The notes beneath the pieces were generated by a model, which made no database searches, was not told where the DNA came from, and saw only the letters and a program-made list of their open reading frames with translations. A DNA stretch of 64,000 bases from NCBI RefSeq assembly GCF_009914755.1, contig NC_060931.1; one strand, 5' to 3'. Positions 1 through 64,000 of the stretch are shown piece by piece. The DNA comes from the human T2T-CHM13v2.0 reference genome, Homo sapiens. The translations under genes were made by a program, and so were the position numbers. The stretch's first letter is position 1. Each line of letters opens with the position of its first letter.

Positions 1-2
1 AA

Positions 3-230
<228 letters not shown>

Positions 231-243
231 TTAATGAATGTAA

Positions 244-498
<255 letters not shown>

Positions 499-751
499 TG
501 ATCCGCCAGCCTCGGCCTCCCAAAGTGCTGGGATTACAGGCATGAGCCACCGTGCCTGGCCGCTTTTCCCTTTCTTTGTGATCCCACCTTCTTTAGTTAG
601 ATGTCTAAAATGAGCAGAAAAAATAATGCTACGACCTGGGAAATTTGAGTGTTTGCTCAGATTCCCGTTCAGAAAGCAAAGCTTTGCTAAAGCAGCAGTT
701 GGCATGTCCTGTGCAGGCTTCTTACCTTGCCTGTTCCCTTCCTTTGCCTAG

Positions 752-47829
<47,078 letters not shown>

Positions 47830-47863
47830 GTTGCTCAGTTTTGAGCTGTCTTCAGACAAGAAG

Positions 47864-47873
47864 ATTAAATAAA
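47864..47873 (+). terminator. ZAN polyadenylation signal (overlapping ATTAAA and AATAAA)
   Basis: attaaataaa about 35 nt after the stop. Confidence 0.75.
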
Positions 47874-48036
47874 TTTATATATTTATTTATTTGAGACAGG
47901 GTCTTGCTCTGTCGCCAGGCTGGAGTGCAGTGGCACGATCACAGCTCACTGCAGCCTCAACCTCCTGGGCCTCCTGCCTCAGCCTCCTGGGTAGCTGAGA
48001 CTGCAGGCATGCGTCACCACGAAGGCTAAATTTTAA

Positions 48037-48503
<467 letters not shown>

Positions 48504-49249
48504 TGAGACGTGAATGTCCACATGATTATAGTGGAGGAAGTTGGGTCTTGGAGGGAGGAAAATGAGGGAGAGAGGCACGTGGAGGCCTAGGTAGGGCTGG
48601 GTTCTGTGCAAAATGTCTAGAGGGGAGAGGAACCTAGGTTTGAGGTGAGGGTGTTGTCCCTTAGAGAAAGCCACATGCGGGTGGCACATTCAGTCCCGGC
48701 GAGGCTGACATCACTAGGGGAGACAGAAGGAGCAGGGAGGGCAGAAGGAACAGGGCGGGCAGGGGAATGGAGGGTGGGATGCAGCCCCAGACCCTCGGCT
48801 TCTGATTTAGGAGAAGACTTCACCTCAGGAATCCGAGTGCTTAGAGGACGTGGCCTCTGGCTCCCCACCAAGGTGATTCTGAGAAATTTTACATGTCAAG
48901 TACAGACTAAGGTTGGGGAATGTGGCTTTTTTTTCTTTTTCTTTTTTTTTAGAGACAAGGTCTCACTCTGTTGCCCAGGCTAGAGTGTAGTGGTGCAGTC
49001 ATAGCTCACTGCAGCCTTGACCCCCGGGGCTCAAACGATCCTCCCATCTCAGCCTCCTGAGTAGCTGGGACTACAGGCATGCACCACTACGCCTGGCTAA
49101 TTTTGATATTTTTTAGAAGAGATAGGGTCTCACTATGTTGCCTAAACTGGTCTTGAACTCCTGGGCTCAAAGAGCTCAGCCTGCCTCCACCTCCCAAAGT
49201 ACAAGGAATACACGTGACCACCTTACCCAGCCAAACGTGGCCTGCCCGC

Positions 49250-49460
49250 CTTTCCTTCCTTCCTTCCTTCCCTCCTTCCTTCCTTCCTCCATCCTTTCCT
49301 CCCTCCTTCCCTTCCTTTTCTTCCTCTTACTCTCTCCTTCCTTCGTTTTTCCTTCCTTCCTTCCTTCCTTCCTTCCTTCCTTCCTTTCTCCCTCCCTCCC
49401 TCTCTCTCTCTCTCTCTCTGTTTTCTTTCTTTCTCTCTCCCCTCTGTCCCTCCCTTCCTT
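49250..49460. repeat. (CCTT)n/(CT)n polypyrimidine tract
   Basis: visible directly. Confidence 0.9.
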
Positions 49461-49522
49461 ATTTAGAGACAGGTGCTTCCTCTGTTACCCAGGCTGGAGT
49501 GCAGTGGCGCAATCATAGTTCA

Positions 49523-49942
49523 CCCCCCAAAGTCCCTCCCACACCTCCTCGAGGGAACAAAACATGGGTGATGTGTCACCAAGGGAAGAGGGGACAGAGG
49601 ACTCAAGAGCCCGAGGGACCCCAGAAGAGGGCTGTAGAGGTGAGAAATTGAGGGCAAGTCTCCCTGGGCTGGGAAGGGCCCAAGCTGTGATTTGGGGTCC
49701 AGCACTGACACAAACACGACAACAGGGGGCGACTGAGGTGCAGAAGTGGAAAAAGCAGGTCGGGCGTGGTGTAATCCCAGCGCCTTGGGAGGCTGAGCGG
49801 GAGGACTGCTTGAGGCCAGGAGTTTGAGATCAACCTGGGCAACATTATGAGGCCCCCTGTCTCTACAAAGAATAAAACATCAGCTGGGCATGGTGGCGTG
49901 CGCCTGGAGGATTCCCAACTACTCAGGAGGCTGAGATGGGAG
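49523..49942 (+). repeat. Local dispersed duplication, copy A (copy B is 51346..51777)
   Basis: shared non-Alu sequence agtccctcccacacctcctc...aaaacatgggtgatgtgtcaccaaggg...caacagggggcgact plus the adjacent Alu part. Confidence 0.92.
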
Positions 49943-51345
49943 CTTGAATTCTTGGGCTCAAGCCTCAGCCTCTCAAGTAGCCAGGACTATAGGCGCATGT
50001 CACCACGTCCTGGCTAAAAAAAGTGGCTTTTTCCAAAAAAAGCAAATCAGCCTGTGACCCTCTGGAGAGGCCCCCACCCCCGGTATTCCTCCATTTTCCA
50101 AAAGGGGCTAGGGGTTACTGAGGGCGGGGTCTGGGGTCTGGGTTGCTGAAGAATTCTGACCTCTATCCTACTAGGAGTGACCCACTCACCCCAGCCTGAG
50201 GCCAAGGTGCAAACATCCCGCCCCCTCCCTCGGGACCTCTGCCTCCCATCAGGCAGGTCCTTGCTTGGAAGTGGGGGCTGGGACGTCTTGCTTGTGCTCT
50301 AAGAAGGAAGGCTTGCTGGGTGCGGTGGCTCACACCTGTAATCCCAGCACTTTGGGAGGCCGAGGCGGGCGGATCACGAGGTCAGGAGATCGAGACCATG
50401 CTGGCTAACACGGTGAAACCCCATCTCTACTAAAAATACAAAAAAAAATTAGCCGGGTGTGGCAGCTGGCGCCTGTAGTCCCAGCTACTCAGGAAGCTGA
50501 GGCAGGAGAATGGCGTGAACCCGGGAGACAGAGCTTGCAGTGAGCTGAGATCGTGCCACTGGAAGGAATGGAAGGCTGCCAATTGGGCTGGGGGAAGATC
50601 AGGATGTAGGACCCCAAAGGGGATTTGGGTTTGGGGATGTCAAAACGGAGGACAGGCTGGGTGTGGTGGCTCACGCCTGTAATCCCAGTGCTTTGGGAGG
50701 CTGAGGAGGGAGAATTGCTTGAGATCAGGAGTTGGAGACCAGCTTGAGCAACATAGCGAGTCCCTGTCTCTACAAAAATGTAAAGAATTATTGGGTGACT
50801 GAGGCGGGAGGATTGTTTGAACCCAGGAGTTCCAAGCTGCAGTGAGCTATGACTGCACCACTGCACTCCAGCCTGGGCAACAGAACGAGACCCTGTCTCT
50901 AAAGAAACAACCAACCAACCAACCAACCAGGGAGGATACTGAGTTCTAGAAATGTGTTATACTCTGCGCTTATCCTCTGGGATGACATGCCCTGAGGTCA
51001 CCTTTATGGGAATGAAGCAAGACCCAAACCCGGGAAGGGAGGGTCCTGCCCAGCGAGACTCTCCCTTGCCCTAGCTGGAAGAGCATTCATGGTGGGGAGC
51101 TGGATGTGGCAGGAAGGCTCAGGGCAGCCTGGAGCTCTTGGGGCTGGACCTCAGGGGGCTTCTGCAGCCCCCTGCCCTGACCCCAGCTCCCCACACCGGG
51201 TCTTCACTCTTGGCCTCTCTGCTGCACCTCTGCAATGCCCATTAACCTTTCTTTCTCCAGCTACAGCTCTCTAGGACACCTTATCTAGCCCGGATGTCTG
51301 GTTGGCAGGGGAAGAGGGTGGGCCTGGGCAACATCCTCTGGATGG

Positions 51346-51913
<568 letters not shown>

Positions 51914-52659
51914 TTAAGCCAGGCTGGTCCTTGTCAAGACCTGCCCCTGCAGGTGCCCGGGGGGAGGCCAGAAAGATCCCTGGAGAAAAGGACACAGAAA
52001 ATGGCAAGAAAGAAAGCGGGGCATTTGGAGGGGTAAGTTGGGGGAAGACAGGAGGTTCCCCCTCCCCTTTCCAAGAGGCAGGGAGAACCTGCCCGGGCAG
52101 CATCTTGAATGGGAGAATTGTCCTCGGCGCGCGCTTATCGCTTGTGTACACACGTGGGGGGGTCCCTTCTTCCCTTCCCCCACAGCCAATGCAGACACTC
52201 TCCCCGCACTGCCTCTAAATCTACCCCAGCTGTCAACATCTGGCCCCCATCTGTGTCCATCCACGGAACCCCCTGCTCCAGCTCCTGCCCCAGCCTCCCT
52301 CTCCAGTGGCTGTCGGGCAGGGCTGGGAGCTCAAGGCCTTCCCTCCCTCTCCTGCAGCAGCCTCTGGCCAGGACTGAGGAACCAGGACAGGGGAGGGAGG
52401 GGACAGCCCCACCCCGGAGGTGCCCCAGGCTCTTGGCAGAGCCAGCTGGAGACGTTAGAAGCAGCTGCGAATGATTCATCTCGCTCGGCCCCCACCCCAC
52501 CACCTCAAACATACCCTGGGGCTGATAACCAAGTTCCAGCCCCTACAGCCCTGCAGCCTCCAGACCTCTGACACCTCTCGGTCAGCCACAAAGCCCTCCC
52601 TACCCAGCCCCACTCTCCTTAGAAATCTAGTCCATCACCCCCATCACCCCTGGAGCTGG

Positions 52660-53541
52660 GACACGTCCCATTTTCTTTTATTTATACAAAAAGTTACTTT
52701 TTTAAATATAATTTAAGAACCCCTCCAAGCACCGGCGTCCGTTTCTGGGTTCCACCACCAACTACCGCCCTTTTCACTACCTCACCCCACACCCCTTCAT
52801 AGGACACAGCTTGGGGGTCCCAGGCGGGGTCCGGGGATGTGGGATGACCAAGGCACTGTTCTGGAAACAGACATGATGATGGGCCCCTGTTTCAACTTGG
52901 GCAAAGGAGGCCATAGTGAAACAGGTTCCCTCCAACACAAAGTTATGACAAGGACGGTAGAAAAACAAAACGAAGAAACAAAAAGGGAACGGGGAGAAAA
53001 ATTAAGACCAAAAACAAAACTCAAAAACCTTCAATATGAAGGCAGCAGCTGGGGGAGGGGCATTTACAAGGGAAAAAAATGATTGAGTTTGGTGGTGACA
53101 GCAGCAAGTTGGGACTACAAACCCCAATGATTTTGTCACTGGGCCCTGACACCCCTTCTTGCCCCCTGGGACAGCCCCCCCACTCTGGAGCTGGCAAGGG
53201 AGTCACACTCTCTTTGGTCTGCGGGAACGCACCCATCAAGGTGAGGGGGGCACCTGGGGAGGCTGGGAGATGTTGGGCACTTCCTTTTCCTCTGGTCACA
53301 CCCAGTCCTGAGGGAAAGGCGCCCTCACCCTTGGTCTGGAGTTCCCCGAGGTGGCTGGGGGGTGATTTTCCCCTCCTATTATGGCAGAACCCCCAAATCC
53401 TGTCTCTCCAAATTGCCAACTCCTCACCCCACGGGCTCAAAGTGCAATCCAGCGGGGCACAGGGCTGGGGGCCTCTGTGAGTCCCCACTCTGCCCCGGAA
53501 AATGGGGAGGCGGTGTCCCTGGGGTGGGGAGTTCCTGCAGG
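52660..53541 (-). other. EPHB4: EPHB4 3' UTR (3' end approximate)
   Basis: repeat-free sequence between the stop codon and AATAAA. Confidence 0.8.
52677..52682 (-). terminator. EPHB4 polyadenylation signal AATAAA
   Basis: tttatt on the + strand, next to an AU-rich stretch. Confidence 0.85.
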
Positions 53542-63322
<9,781 letters not shown>

Positions 63323-63522
63323 TTAACTCCCACTGGACTCGGAGGCTCGGCTCATAGCTTTTAGCCCCAAACCCCTGTCTCCGTGGTTTTTTTTTTTTTT
63401 TTTTTTTTTCCTGAGATGGAGTCTCGCTCTGTCACCCAGGCCTGGAGCGCAGTGGCGCGATCTTGGCTCACTGCAATCTCCGCCTCCCGGGTTAAAATGA
63501 TTCTTCTGCCTCAGCCTCCTGA

Positions 63523-63846
<324 letters not shown>

Positions 63847-64000
63847 TGAGGCACACACACCAAAGGAAGGAGCAGGGATTGGAGAAGATTTCAAGTAAAA
63901 AGAGGCTGGGGACAGCCAGAAAGGCTTGTCCTGTAGCACCCAGGCAGGTGGCCATCAACTGAGGGCTTCCAGGGGCCTCTGGGTGTCAGAGCCCTTACCT

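Overview
Alu-dense human genomic DNA, recognisable as the ZAN/EPHB4 locus (7q22.1). The + strand carries the last 37 exons of zonadhesin (ZAN), 752..47829: end of MAM3, a 1.5-kb mucin-repeat exon, D0 and von Willebrand D1-D4 assemblies, a partial fifth TIL/E unit, EGF, TM and tail. The - strand carries the last 7 exons of EPHB4 (kinase and SAM domains, 3' UTR), convergent with ZAN; the two poly(A) signals are about 4.8 kb apart. Tracking exon phases by hand shows that this ZAN copy is not an intact ORF. There is a 1-nt deficit in exon 23849..23992 (premature stop at 25498) and a 35-nt deficit in the D4 exon 38010..38222. A third 1-nt deficit lies in exon 43917..44115 and can be bypassed by an upstream alternative donor, which makes that exon dual-coding. 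Other notable items: a young AluYb insertion with a perfect TSD, a ~420-bp duplicate with a CTCF-like motif pasted inside an Alu between the genes, paired cysteine losses, non-homologous intron positions among the D repeats, and several micro-rearrangement scars. I see no evidence of a wholly new gene system. Most of the other ORFs in the track are Alu or simple-repeat artefacts. Exon numbers assume 48 ZAN and 17 EPHB4 exons (from memory).
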